This document shows positions 54,686 to 64,000 of a stretch of 64,000 nt of DNA, one piece after another. A model generated the notes under the pieces. It ran no database searches. It was not told the origin of the DNA and saw only the letters and a list, made by a program, of their open reading frames with translations. Source of the DNA: an uncultured Actinomycetes bacterium (GTDB taxonomy: Bacteria > Actinomycetota > Acidimicrobiia > IMCC26256 > JACDBD01); the NCBI GenBank assembly GCA_963747195.1, contig CAVVDV010000005.1, positions 601,704 to 665,703 of the forward strand, written 5' to 3'. The position numbers were made by a program, and so were the translations under genes. The first letter of the stretch is position 1; each line of letters begins with the position of its first letter.

Positions 54686-55500
54686 CGAGAGGTGGCGAAC
54701 TCCCGAACCAGCGCGGCGAGCTCGGCGGGCTTCTCGAACGGCAGCCAGTGGGCGGCGTCGTCGATCACCTCGAGGCGCGCGTCGGGGATCTCGGCCGCGA
54801 ACGTCTCGGCGTAGATCGGGGGCACGAGGCCGTCTTGCGCGCCGGCGACCACGAGCGTCGGCGCGGTGATGCGACGCAGGCGGCCGCGCAGCTTCGGGTT
54901 GTGGAGGTACGGGTCCCAGCCGAGCTTGGCGGTGGCGCTGATCGCCTTCCACATCGGCAGCACCATCTCGATCGGGATCTCGACCTGGCGGCCGACGTCC
55001 CCGCTGAACTCGTCCATCGCGTGCATCGCCTGGGCGATCGGATGCGACTGATCGGCGAACAGCATCTCGGCGAGCTCGGCGGGGTTACGGCCGAACATCT
55101 CCGCCATCGGCACGCCGTCGATGTGAATGCCGACCGGGTTCACGAGCACCAGCTTCCCGACGCGCTCCGGGTACCGCGTCGCGAGCTCCATCGCCATCCA
55201 TCCGCCGAGCGACAGCCCGACGACGAGCGGCGCGTCGAGGCCGAGCAGCTCCCACATGTCGAGCAGGTGGAAGACGGCGTCCTCCATGTCGTCGATCTGT
55301 TCGATGCCCTCCGACTCGCCGAAGCCGGGGAACACCGGCACCGTGACCGCGAACGAGTCGGCGAGGTCCTCGAGTGCCGGGTTCGTCGGTTCGCCGCCGG
55401 CCGAGTGGAGGTACACCAGCGGGTCACCCGAGCCGGCCCGGAACACCTGGATCTTGCCGATGGGCGCGTCGACGCGCTCCTCGGTCAGCGTCTGCGGCAT
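54682..55500 (-). CDS. Alpha/beta-fold hydrolase
   Basis: LVYLHSAGG, PGFGES, VGLSLGGW (GxSxG), GAQDGLVP, AAHWLPFE. Confidence 0.9.
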   Translation of the reverse strand: MPQTLTEERVDAPIGKIQVFRAGSGDPLVYLHSAGGEPTNPALEDLADSFAVTVPVFPGFGESEGIEQIDDMEDAVFHLLDMWELLGLDAPLVVGLSLGGWMAMELATRYPERVGKLVLVNPVGIHIDGVPMAEMFGRNPAELAEMLFADQSHPIAQAMHAMDEFSGDVGRQVEIPIEMVLPMWKAISATAKLGWDPYLHNPKLRGRLRRITAPTLVVAGAQDGLVPPIYAETFAAEIPDARLEVIDDAAHWLPFEKPAELAALVREFATSR

Positions 55501-55505
55501 GGCGG

Positions 55506-56676
55506 CTACGCCACCGCCGCCTGCGGCCGGTGCACCGGCTTGCCCTCGGGGAACTCGGCCCGCAGCTTCGGCATGACCTGCTCCGCGAACAGCGCCATGT
55601 TCTTGCGCGTGAGGTGGTCGGGCAGGCTCCCGAGCTGGAACAGGCCGAGCAGGTTGCCCGTCCCGAGCGCGCTCGAGCGCGTCGACGAGCTGCTCCGTGA
55701 CGGTCTCGGGCGAGCCGACGATCGCGTAGCGGCCGTCGACGATCTGCTCCCACGTCTCGACGTTGAGCATGAACGTGCCCGCCGACTTGAGGATGCTGGC
55801 GAGCGACCGCACCGACGTGTACCCGGGCGGCTGGATCGTGATCCCCGGCAGCAGGCGCTTCACGAAGTACCAGAGGTGCTCCTCGTACTCGCGCCGCGCC
55901 TGCTCGTCGGTCTCGGCCACGTAGATCGGCACCAGCCAACCGGCTTGGAGCGGATCGGCCTCGTAGCCCTCGGACTCGCACGCCTCCCGGAACATCGAGA
56001 AGTACCGCTTGAACACGTCGAGGTGGAAGTACGGGATGCCCATGTAGGCGTAGTGGTTGCGGGCGACGAACTCCATCGTCTCGATCGACCCCGCGCCCGG
56101 GATCCAGATCTCCGGATGCGGCTGCTGGATCGGACGCGGCCACGGGTTGACGTACCGGATGCGGTAGTGCTTGCTCACCCACTCGAACGGGCCGGGCGTG
56201 GTCCACGCCTTCGTGATGAGGTCGTGCGCCTCCTGGAAGCGCTCCCGGGCGTGCGCCGGGTTGACCGAGAACGAGTAGTACTCGGGGCCGCCGCCGACGA
56301 CCATGCCCGCGATCAGGCGCCCGCCGCTGATCACGTCGATCATGGCGAACTCCTCGGCGACCCGCGTCGGCGGGTCGTAGAGCGGCAGCGCGTTGCCGAC
56401 GACGGCGATCCGGATGCGGCTCGTCTGGCGGGCCAGGATCGACGCGATCAGGTTCGGCGACGGCATGTTGCCGTAGGCGTTCTGGTGGTGCTCGTTCACG
56501 CAGACGCCGTCGAACCCGACTTCCTCGGCGTAGATGAGCTCGTCGAGATAGGTGTTGTACAGCTCGTTCCCGACCTGCGGGTCGTACAGCTCGTTCGGGC
56601 ACGTGACCCAGGCCGGGCCGTCGTAGTCGGGCGACAGCTGCGTGTACGGCATGAGGTGGAACGAGAAGAACCGCAC
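55506..56676 (-). CDS. LLM-class flavin-dependent monooxygenase (frameshift near 55670)
   Basis: FHLMPY, GFDGVCVNEHHQ, RVAEEFAMIDVISGGRL, NPWPRPIQQPHPEIW; true C-terminus ...MALFAEQVMPKLRAEF... ends at TAG 55506. Confidence 0.9.
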
Positions 56677-56723
56677 GGCGACCCCCCGGTCTGGCTCCTG
56701 GATCGGAGGTCACCCTATTACCC

Positions 56724-56739
56724 TTGACTGAACGGTCAA
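56724..56739. promoter_or_regulatory. Palindrome TTGACTGAACGGTCAA overlapping a TTGACC-N16-TAGGGT promoter for the LLM gene
   Basis: Dyad TTGAC-N6-GTCAA; similar site at 38610. Confidence 0.55.
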
Positions 56740-56870
56740 GTTTCCTCCGGGCGACCCGCGGGCAGGTCACGTCGGAACGGCGTGGCACGAGCCGGCGTGT
56801 CCGCCCCGGTACAGTTCGCACTTCCGAGCGTCGACAGGAGCAAGCCCTGAGGCAGGTTTTTCGACCCCCC

Positions 56871-57805
56871 GTGCTCGTCTCGTTGGTGGTCGCGGCGCTC
56901 TTCGTCTCGGGCATCGCCGTCGCCGGCTCGGCGCTGCGCGACGAAAAGACCACGAAGCGCGCCGCGCCGACGCCACGACCACCGCCCCCGCGCCCACGAC
57001 GACCACGGCCCCGGCGCCCACGACCACGACCCTCCCGCCCACGACGATCATCCAGCCGCCGTGGGCGGCGCTGCCCCCGCCGCCGGGCGGCGTGGTGGGC
57101 CCCGGCTCCCAGGGCCCCGAGGTGCAGGCGTACGAGCAGCGGATGGCCGACATCCACTTCGATCCCGGCCCCGTCGACGGCATCTACGACCAGAAGACCG
57201 CCTATGCGGCGCAGACGCTCCAGAAGCTCGGGGGCACGGCCCCGACCGGTCGCCTCACCGATGCCGATGTGTTCGCGCTCAACTTCTTCCAGTTCAAGCA
57301 GCCGATGGCCGCGACACCCGAGCCGAACCGCACCGAGGTCGACATCACGACGCAGACGTTGACCCTGTACGAGAACTTCCAGCCGAAGCTCATCACGACC
57401 ATGTCGTCGGGCTCGGGCGAGAACTATTGCTACGACACGCCCCGCGAGAACCCGACCAGTCACGTGTGCGAGGACGCCAACACGCCGTCCGGCGACTTCA
57501 CGTACACCGAGTTCCGCGCCGGTTGGGACAAGTCACCGCTCGGCCAGCTGTACAACCCGTACTACTTCAACAAGGGCATCGCGGTGCACGGCTACGACTC
57601 GGTTCCCACCACGCCTGCCTCCCACGGCTGCGTGCGCATCCCGATGCACATCGCCGAGTACTTCCACACGCTCGTGAACCGCGGCGATCCCGTGCACGTG
57701 TTCGGCGGCAAGCCCGCCAACGTGACCTCGTCGACGCCGCTGGCGCCGAGCCCGCAGCCACCGACGGCGCCCGACCCCATCCCGCCGCCGGGCCAGCCCG
57801 CGTAG
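56871..57805 (+). CDS. L,D-transpeptidase with peptidoglycan-binding domain (frameshifted; start approximate)
   Basis: Signal-like N-terminus, Thr/Pro linker, GSQGPEVQAYEQRM...DPGPVDGIY, IAVHG...ASHGCVRIP. Confidence 0.88.
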
Positions 57806-57857
57806 CGGTGCCGGCTTCGGTCGAGAGCGACTCTTCACCGGCTGACAGTCTGGGCTG

Positions 57858-58226
57858 ATGCCGGACGACAACGTTGCCACGATCGACGCGTGCACGGCTC
57901 GGGCGCGAGCGCCATCCAGGAGGTCTTCGCACCCGACGTCACGATCCGGCAGAGCCCGGAGCTTCCTGGGGCGGGACTACGAAGGCCTCGACGGCGTTCA
58001 CGTTCTTCTTGACGCTGGTCGAGCACATCGAATCGCAGGTGACGACGGATCGTTGTTCGCCGCCGGCGACCACGTCGTGCAGACCGGCCGCACCCGCGGC
58101 ACGGTGCGGGCGAACGGCGTCGTTCGACTTCCCGAGGTGCACGTCTGGGAGCTGCGGACGGGAAGGTCGTGCGCTACCAGCGTGTACATCGACACCCCGG
58201 CCATGCTCGACGCCCTCGGGCGCTAG
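57858..58226 (+). CDS. SnoaL/NTF2-like small protein, multiple frameshifts (error or decay)
   Basis: GDHVVQTGRTRGTVRANG, PEVHVWELR, YIDTPAMLDAL. Confidence 0.65.
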   Translation: MPDDNVATIDACTARARAPSRRSSHPTSRSGRARSFLGRDYEGLDGVHVLLDAGRAHRIAGDDGSLFAAGDHVVQTGRTRGTVRANGVVRLPEVHVWELRTGRSCATSVYIDTPAMLDALGR

Positions 58227-58283
58227 TCCGCAGCGGGCACGCCGGTCCGCGCCGTCGGAGCGAGCCGCTCACCGACTGACGGG

Positions 58284-59111
58284 CTACGCCAGCGGGTCGG
58301 CGAAGGGGTTCGACTCGATCGTGGTGTCGGTGAAGGGGTCCTGCTGGCGCGGTGTCTCGACCGCGAGCGTGTCGATGCCGAGCTGCTCGGCCAGGCCTTC
58401 GTAGCCGACCCGTTCGAGCTCGTCGGCGAGCTCGGGCCCGCCGCTCGTCACGACGCGCCCCGCCATGAGCACGTGCACCCGGTCGGCGCGGAGCTCGCTC
58501 AGCAGCCGGGCGTAGTGGGTGATGGCGAGCACGCCGAGGTTGCTCTCCTCGGTCATCGCCTCGACCCGCCGGGCGACGTCGCGGAGCGCGTCGACGTCGA
58601 GGCCGGAGTCGATCTCGTCGAGCACCGCGATCTTGGGCTCGAGCACGGCGAGCTGGAGCGTCTCGGCGCGCTTCTGCTCGCCGCCGGAGAACTCGACGTT
58701 GACGCCTCGGGTCAGGAACTGGTCGCCGACGGCGAGGCGCTCCGCCTCGCTCGCGAGCCGGTCCGTCAACCCGTTCGGCTCCCCGCCGCGACCACGGATG
58801 GCGGCGGCGAGGAAGTCGACCAGGCGCACGCCCGCTACCTCGACCGGGTACTGCATCGCGAGGAACAACCCGTTGGCGGCGCGCTCCCACGTCGGCAGGC
58901 CGAGGAGCTCCTGGCCGTCGAGCGTGACGGAGCCGCCGAGGATCTCGTACTCGGGGCGGCCCATGAGCGCGTGCGCCAGCGTCGACTTCCCCGAGCCGTT
59001 CGGGCCCATCAGCGCGTGGACCTCGCCCGAGGCGACCTCGAGGTCGACGCCGCGCAGGATCTCCTGGCCGTCGACGGCAACCCGCAAGCCCGCGATCCGC
59101 AACGTGCTCAC
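58284..59111 (-). CDS. sufC: Fe-S cluster assembly ATPase, copy 2
   Basis: [52 protein letters not shown]. Confidence 0.93.
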   Translation of the reverse strand: MSTLRIAGLRVAVDGQEILRGVDLEVASGEVHALMGPNGSGKSTLAHALMGRPEYEILGGSVTLDGQELLGLPTWERAANGLFLAMQYPVEVAGVRLVDFLAAAIRGRGGEPNGLTDRLASEAERLAVGDQFLTRGVNVEFSGGEQKRAETLQLAVLEPKIAVLDEIDSGLDVDALRDVARRVEAMTEESNLGVLAITHYARLLSELRADRVHVLMAGRVVTSGGPELADELERVGYEGLAEQLGIDTLAVETPRQQDPFTDTTIESNPFADPLA

Positions 59112-59422
59112 GCGTTCGTCACCACCACGTCGTCGCCGTCGATCTTGACGTCGTACACGCGCACCGGCTGCGTGGCGGGCAGGGTCGCCGGTTCCCCGGT
59201 CTCGAGCGAGAACGTCGACCCGTGCTTCGGGCACTCGATCTCGCGCTCGTCCTCCCACACGTCGCCCTCCGCCAGCGAGTAGTCGGCGTGCGAGCACGTG
59301 TCGTCGATGACGTAGAAGTCGTCGCCGATGCGCACGACGCACAGGCGCTGACCGTCGACGTCGAAGCGCCTGGCGGATCCCGCCTCGACGTCCTTGACCG
59401 AGCACACGCGGAGGTCACCCAC
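59108..59422 (-). CDS. Rieske-type [2Fe-2S] ferredoxin
   Basis: DTCSHADYSL, IECPKHGSTF. Confidence 0.93.
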   Translation of the reverse strand: MGDLRVCSVKDVEAGSARRFDVDGQRLCVVRIGDDFYVIDDTCSHADYSLAEGDVWEDEREIECPKHGSTFSLETGEPATLPATQPVRVYDVKIDGDDVVVTNA

Positions 59423-60715
59423 GGCGGTGCTCGACCTTCTCGACCACGCTGCGCCGGAGCGCACCGGACCAGCGTCGGGACCGGCAGGCGTTCGAGCACG
59501 TCGTCGAAGAACCCCAGGACGATCAGCCGCTCGGCGTCCTCCGGCCGAACACCGCGGCTCTCGAGGTAATAGAGCTGGTCCTCGTCGATGGGCCCGACCG
59601 CGCTCGCGTGCGAGCACCTCACGTCGTTGGCCTCGATCTCGAGGTTGGGGATCGAGTCGGCCCCGGCGCCTTCGGTCAGCACGAGGTTGCGGTTCGTCTG
59701 GTTCGCGACCGCCTTCTGCGCGTCCGGGCGGAGCCGGATGAGCCCCGAGTACACCGAGTGCGCCTGATCCTCGACCGCGCCCTTGAACAGCAGGTCGCTG
59801 CGGGTGCCGGGGGCGTCGTGGTCCTGGAGCGTGCGGAAGTCGAGCATCTGGGTGTGGTCGCCGAAGTAGACGGCCATGAGATCGCTCTCCGCGTTGTCGC
59901 CCGCGAGCAGCGACTCGCTGCGCAGTCGCGCGTAGTCGCCGCCGAGCGCCACCGCCGACGAATGCAGCGAGGCGTCTCGCCCGACGTGGGCGCGCTGCAG
60001 CGCGACCTGCCACGTGTGCGGCCCGTGCTCCTGGACCGACAGGTACCGGAGCCGGGCGTTGTCGCCGACCAGGAGCTCGACCACGGCGTCGACGAGATGA
60101 CCGGCGGCGCCGACCTCGGGTGAGCCGAAGCGGTCGACGACGGTGACCTCGGAGCTCTCCTCGGCGGCGACCAGCGTGTGCGGGAACGTCGCCAGGCCCT
60201 CGCCCTCGGACCAGTGCAGCACGATGATCGGCTTGTCGACGACGACACCGGCGGGGACCTTGATGAACGCACCTCCGGCGAGGAACGCGTCGTGCAGGAC
60301 GGTGAACGCGTCGGGCGAAGCCTGCGAGCACGTCCCCAGCACCGCCGCGACGTCGGCCTCCTCGCACGTGGCGAGGCCGCAGACGAGGACACCCTTCGCC
60401 GACGAGCGTGTCGTCGAGCTCGTGGTGCACGACCCGCCCGTTGCGCACGACCACCAGGCCGGCGCGCTCACCTGCCTCGGCCGCGACCGGGCCGCCGCCC
60501 GGCGCCGGCTCCGGCCCGGGCTCGCCCAGCTCGTCGCGCGACGGCGGACGGAAGCGATCGAGATCGAGCTCGTCGATCCGGCTGTAGCGCCAGATCTCCT
60601 CGGCGTCGGTGGGCCAGGTGATCCCGCCGAGCTGCTCGGCCGCAGCAAGACGACGCTCGACGAGCCAGTCGGGCCCGCCGAGCGCACGTGCGGCTTCCGG
60701 CGTGAACGCAGTCAT
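59415..60715 (-). CDS. sufD: Fe-S cluster assembly protein SufD (frameshifted)
   Basis: EEIWRYS, LLFKGAVED, IPNLEIEANDVRCSHASAVGPIDEDQLYYLESRG. Confidence 0.93.
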
Positions 60716-60722
60716 GGAGCCG

Positions 60723-62132
60723 TTAACCAACGGCTCCTTCCATGTTGAGCTCGATCAGGCGGCTCAGCTCGACGGCGTACTCCATCGGCAGCGTCTTCAC
60801 GATCGGCTCGATGAAGCCGTTCACGATCATCGCCGTCGCCTGCTGCTCGCTGAGCCCGCGGCTCATCAGGTAGAAGATCTGGTCCTCACCGACCTTCGAG
60901 ACCGTGGCCTCGTGCCCGATGCGGGCGTCCTTCTCCTCGATCTCCATGTACGGGTAGGTGTCGGACCGGCTGTCCTCGTCGAGGATCAGCGCGTCGCAGC
61001 GCACGTGGCTCTTCACGTTGTGCGCGCCCTCCTCGACCTTCACCAGGCCGCGGTAGGTCGTGCGACCGCCGTCCTTCGAGATCGACTTCGACTCGATGAT
61101 CGACGTGGTGTCGGGCGCGACGTGGGTCATCTTGGCGCCGGCGTCCTGGTGCATGCCTTCGCCGGCGTACGCGACCGACAGCACCTCGCCGTGGGCCTTC
61201 GGCCCCGTCATCACGACCGACGGGTACTTCATGGTCAGCTTCGACCCGATGTTGCCGTCGATCCACTCGACGGTCGCCTCGCGCTCGGCCTTGGCCCGCT
61301 TCGTGACCAGGTTGTAGACGTTCGGCGACCAGTTCTGGATCGTCGTGTACCGGATGCGCGCGCCCGGCTTGGCGACGAGCTCCACGACCGCGGAGTGCAG
61401 CGAGTCACCGGTGTAGATCGGCGCCGAGCATCCCTCGACGTAGTGCACCGAAGCGCCCTCGTCGGCGATGATCAGCGTCCGCTCGAACTGGCCCGCGTTC
61501 TCGGCGTTGATGCGGAAGTACGCCTGCAGCGGCATCTCGACGTGCACGCCCGGCGGCACGTAGATGAACGAGCCGCCCGACCACACCGTCGAGTTGAGCG
61601 CGGCGAACTTGTTGTCGCCCGGCGGGATGACCGTCGCGAAGTGCTCGCGCACGATCTCCGGGTACTCGCGCACCGCGGTGTCCATGTCGGTGAACAGGAC
61701 ACCCTGCTTGGCGAGCTCGTCCCGGTTCTTGTGGTAGACGGTCTCGCTCTCGAACTGCGCCGTGACGCCGGCGAGGTACTTCCGCTCCGCCTCGGGGATG
61801 CCGAGCTTCTCGTACGTCGCCTTCATCGACTCGGGGAGCATGTCCCAGCTGTCGGCGACCTCTCCCTTGTCGGTCGGCTTCAGGTAGTAGTAGATGTCGT
61901 CGAAGTCGATGGTCGGCATGTTCTTGGCGAACCAGTCGAGCATCGGCTTGCGCTCGAACCGCTTCAGCGACTTCAGACGGAAGTCCCGCATCCAGTCGGG
62001 CTCGGACTTCTGCCCGGAGATCTCGCGGACGATCTCCTCGTTCAGGCCCTTCTTCGGGATGTAGGCGTAGTCGTCCGTGCTGTCGGCCCAGCCGAGCTTG
62101 TACTTGCCGAGATCGATTCCGCTGACAGCCAT
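60723..62132 (-). CDS. sufB: Fe-S cluster assembly protein SufB
   Basis: LGIPEAERKYLAGV, GQFERTLII, YVEGCSAP, LHSAVVE, HEATVSK, LPMEYAVEL; no intein visible. Confidence 0.97.
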   Translation of the reverse strand: MAVSGIDLGKYKLGWADSTDDYAYIPKKGLNEEIVREISGQKSEPDWMRDFRLKSLKRFERKPMLDWFAKNMPTIDFDDIYYYLKPTDKGEVADSWDMLPESMKATYEKLGIPEAERKYLAGVTAQFESETVYHKNRDELAKQGVLFTDMDTAVREYPEIVREHFATVIPPGDNKFAALNSTVWSGGSFIYVPPGVHVEMPLQAYFRINAENAGQFERTLIIADEGASVHYVEGCSAPIYTGDSLHSAVVELVAKPGARIRYTTIQNWSPNVYNLVTKRAKAEREATVEWIDGNIGSKLTMKYPSVVMTGPKAHGEVLSVAYAGEGMHQDAGAKMTHVAPDTTSIIESKSISKDGGRTTYRGLVKVEEGAHNVKSHVRCDALILDEDSRSDTYPYMEIEEKDARIGHEATVSKVGEDQIFYLMSRGLSEQQATAMIVNGFIEPIVKTLPMEYAVELSRLIELNMEGAVG

Positions 62133-62200
62133 ACGCCCTCGCCTCCGCTACCGGGTGGCGGTCTCAGAGCCCGAAACGCCCCGGGGGACAGGGGTTCCGG

Positions 62201-62230
62201 GGATTTCCACTACGTAGATAGTAACAATCC
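62201..62230. promoter_or_regulatory. Operator-like dyad GGATTtccACTAcgtagaTAGTaacAATCC overlapping an extended -10 (TGtTACTAT, minus strand) upstream of sufB
   Basis: Shares ATTTCCACTACGT-N3-TAGT with the site at 50172. Confidence 0.6.
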
Positions 62231-62291
62231 GGGGGCCATCCGAACAATTCCCCGCTCGATTCCGGCTCGATTCCCCGCCGCCCGCCGCCGG

Positions 62292-64000
62292 TCAGGGCTC
62301 GGCGGCGGCGCCCGTGGCCGCCGTCTGGCGGGCAGGTGCGGTGGTGGTCGGGGTCGACGCCCCGCCGCCACCCCCGCCGGCCGCCTGCTGGGCCTGGTTG
62401 ATGAGGTCGCCGACCTGGTTGATCAGCTGCTGGTAGGTACCCAGATCGCCCCCACGCAACGCATCCTGGGCCTGCTGGTACTTGGCGGCGGCCTGGTTCA
62501 GCAGGTCCTGCACGTTGCCGCCCGCGGGCGGGGTCGCCGGCGCCGTCGGCGTCGCCGCCGCCCGGGAGCGGCTGGGACGGTGCGCTGGCCGAACAGTTGC
62601 GCGAGGCCGTCGTTGACCGTCGAGGCGAGGACGGGGTCTTGGCCGGCGTACGCGACGACGACGAAACGGAACTGCGGATAGCTCGACGACCCCGCCGCTT
62701 GGACGTAGAAGGGCCGGATGTAGAGAATCGAGTTGCCGACGGGGATGAGCTGCAGGCTCCCCTGGATCACGGTCGAGCCCTGCTGGTTCAGCAGCGTGAG
62801 CTGTTGGGAAACGGCCGGCGTGCTCTTGATCCGGTTGTCGATCTGCACCGGTCCCAGGACGGACTCGCCCTGCGGCATCTCGAACGCCGACAGCTGGCCG
62901 TAGTTGCTGGGATCGGAGCTCGCCGTCATGAACGACACGAGGCGGGTCTGTTTGTTGCCTGCCGACACCGGCACGAACGGCTGGAGGATGATGAAGCTCG
63001 GACTCTGCTCCCCCGGTTGGTTGATGTAGAGGTAGTAGGGCCGCATTCGCGTCGCTGGTCGAGGTCGCGCCGGCGTTTCTCCCCCTGCCGGTCGTCGAGT
63101 CCGGGGTCGGAGCAACCGCCTGCAGCTGTGCCGCCGTCAGCGGACCCGAGCCGGGGTCGGGGGACAGGAGCCACTTCGCGCTCCCCTGGTAGAAGCGCCG
63201 GCTCTCGGTGACGTGGTAGCGGGAGTAGATGTCCGACTGCACCCGGAACAGGTCCTCCGGGTAGCGCAGGTGCGCCTGGAGGTCCTTCGGCATCTTGTTG
63301 AAGTCGGTGAACAGGTCGGGGAACGCCTTGCGGTACGACCGGATCAGCGGGTCCTTGGGGTCGATCACGTAGAACTTCACGGTGCCGTCGTAGGCGTCGA
63401 CCGTCGCCTTCACCGAGTTGCGGACGTAGTTGAAGTTGTGGTTGAGACCCGAGTCGCTCGGTCCCGACGTCATCTGCGAGTACGGATAACGACTCGTCGT
63501 GGTGTACGCGTCGAGCACCCACGTCACGCGCCCGCCGCTGACGACCGGGTACGGATCGGCGTCGAAGTCGAGGAACGGGGCGAGCTTCTTCACGCGGTCC
63601 TTGATGTCGCGGACGTACAGGACCTTCGTGCCGCCACCGACCTGCCCCGAGATGAGCGGGTTGATGTCGCCGAAGCGCAACGCGAACGCGGCCCGGCGGA
63701 TCGGGTTGTCGAGCTTGACGCCGTCCTTGCCCTTGTAGCGCGTCGTCGCGTCGGCGCGACCCGGGCGCGAATAGTCGAACTCGCGTTGCTCGGCGTTCAC
63801 GAGCGCGTACCCGGGCTGGTGCTCGCCGAAGTACAAGTCGGGCTGGTTGAGCGTGATCGGAGCGTCCTTCGGCACGGGGATCCCACTGAGGAGGAAGTCG
63901 GGGTTCCCGTCCTGGGCGGAGACGTTCGTCGGCGACGCGATGATCCCGTAGCCGTGCGTGTACACGAGGTGCTGGTTCACCCACGACTGGCTCGGAAGCT
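62292..64000 (-). CDS. UPF0182 family membrane protein, 5'-truncated by the window edge (frameshifted)
   Basis: WVNQHLVYTHGYG, LDFDADPYPV, FNYVRNSVKATVDAYDG, HLRYPEDLF, PYY, VLGPVQ. Confidence 0.92.
   Translation of the reverse strand, partial: LPSQSWVNQHLVYTHGYGIIASPTNVSAQDGNPDFLLSGIPVPKDAPITLNQPDLYFGEHQPGYALVNAEQREFDYSRPGRADATTRYKGKDGVKLDNPIRRAAFALRFGDINPLISGQVGGGTKVLYVRDIKDRVKKLAPFLDFDADPYPVVSGGRVTWVLDAYTTTSRYPYSQMTSGPSDSGLNHNFNYVRNSVKATVDAYDGTVKFYVIDPKDPLIRSYRKAFPDLFTDFNKMPKDLQAHLRYPEDLFRVQSDIYSRYHVTESRRFYQGSAKWLLSPDPGSGPLTAAQLQAVAPTPDSTTGRGRNAGATSTSDANAALLPLHQPTGGAESELHHPPAVRAGVGRQQTDPPRVVHDGELRSQQLRPAVGVRDAAGRVRPGTGADRQPDQEHAGRFPTAHAAEPAGLDRDPGEPAAHPRRQLDSLHPALLRPSGGVVELSAVPFRRRRVRRPRPRPRLDGQRRPRATVRPAHRPSRSRAAATPTAPATPPAGGNVQDLLNQAAAKYQQAQDALRGGDLGTYQQLINQVGDLINQAQQAAGGGGGGASTPTTTAPARQTAATGAAAEP

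Noticed and set aside
54682-56676. Apparent 664-aa LLM monooxygenase-hydrolase fusion
   Set aside because: A frameshift near 55670 explains it; the LLM C-terminus continues in another frame to TAG 55506 and the hydrolase has its own ATG at 55500
59108-60730. Apparent SufD-Rieske fusion
   Set aside because: Caused by indels; SufD ends at TGA 59415 and the Rieske gene starts at GTG 59422
16688-62681. Long antisense ORFs (for example 16688-18292, 23495-24817 part, 60609-62681)
   Set aside because: Shadow frames of real genes in high-GC DNA, Arg/Ala/Gly-rich and without family motifs

Overview
High-GC (roughly 70%+) chromosomal segment. Gene content and protein styles suggest Actinomycetota, probably Acidimicrobiia (inference). 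Many single-base indels split ordinary genes across frames, especially at about 1-37 kb, and are best read as long-read assembly errors. Content in order: (i) an extended surface-glycan region at 1-31.6 kb and 39.8-42.1 kb with Wzm/Wzt ABC exporter, Wzx-like flippase, GT2/GT4 glycosyltransferases, six SAM methyltransferase-like genes and an NDP-sugar reductase, interrupted by an lpdA - E2 acyltransferase - lipB/lipA fusion operon and a pepP block; (ii) three paralogous secreted SGNH proteins; (iii) an acyl-CoA dehydrogenase pair, an MBL hydrolase and msrA; (iv) ergothioneine egtABCD; (v) an LLM oxidoreductase - KAS III - acyltransferase-3 cassette; (vi) a SUF system split into two convergent operons with two sufC copies, enclosing a TlpA-like redoxin, two L,D-transpeptidases and an LLM monooxygenase plus hydrolase; (vii) a UPF0182 gene. 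The main signals not shown by the ORF track are: a ~260-nt structured intergenic element with an 18-nt complement of the 16S rRNA 3' end, a self-sequestering stem and a 13-codon ORF (31.66-31.92 kb); a probable C-terminal selenocysteine with a SECIS-like hairpin in the redoxin; a 24-aa aromatic-rich uORF before egtA; two shared operator-like palindromes; and divergent genes whose start codons overlap. No rRNA, tRNA, CRISPR array or transposase was seen.
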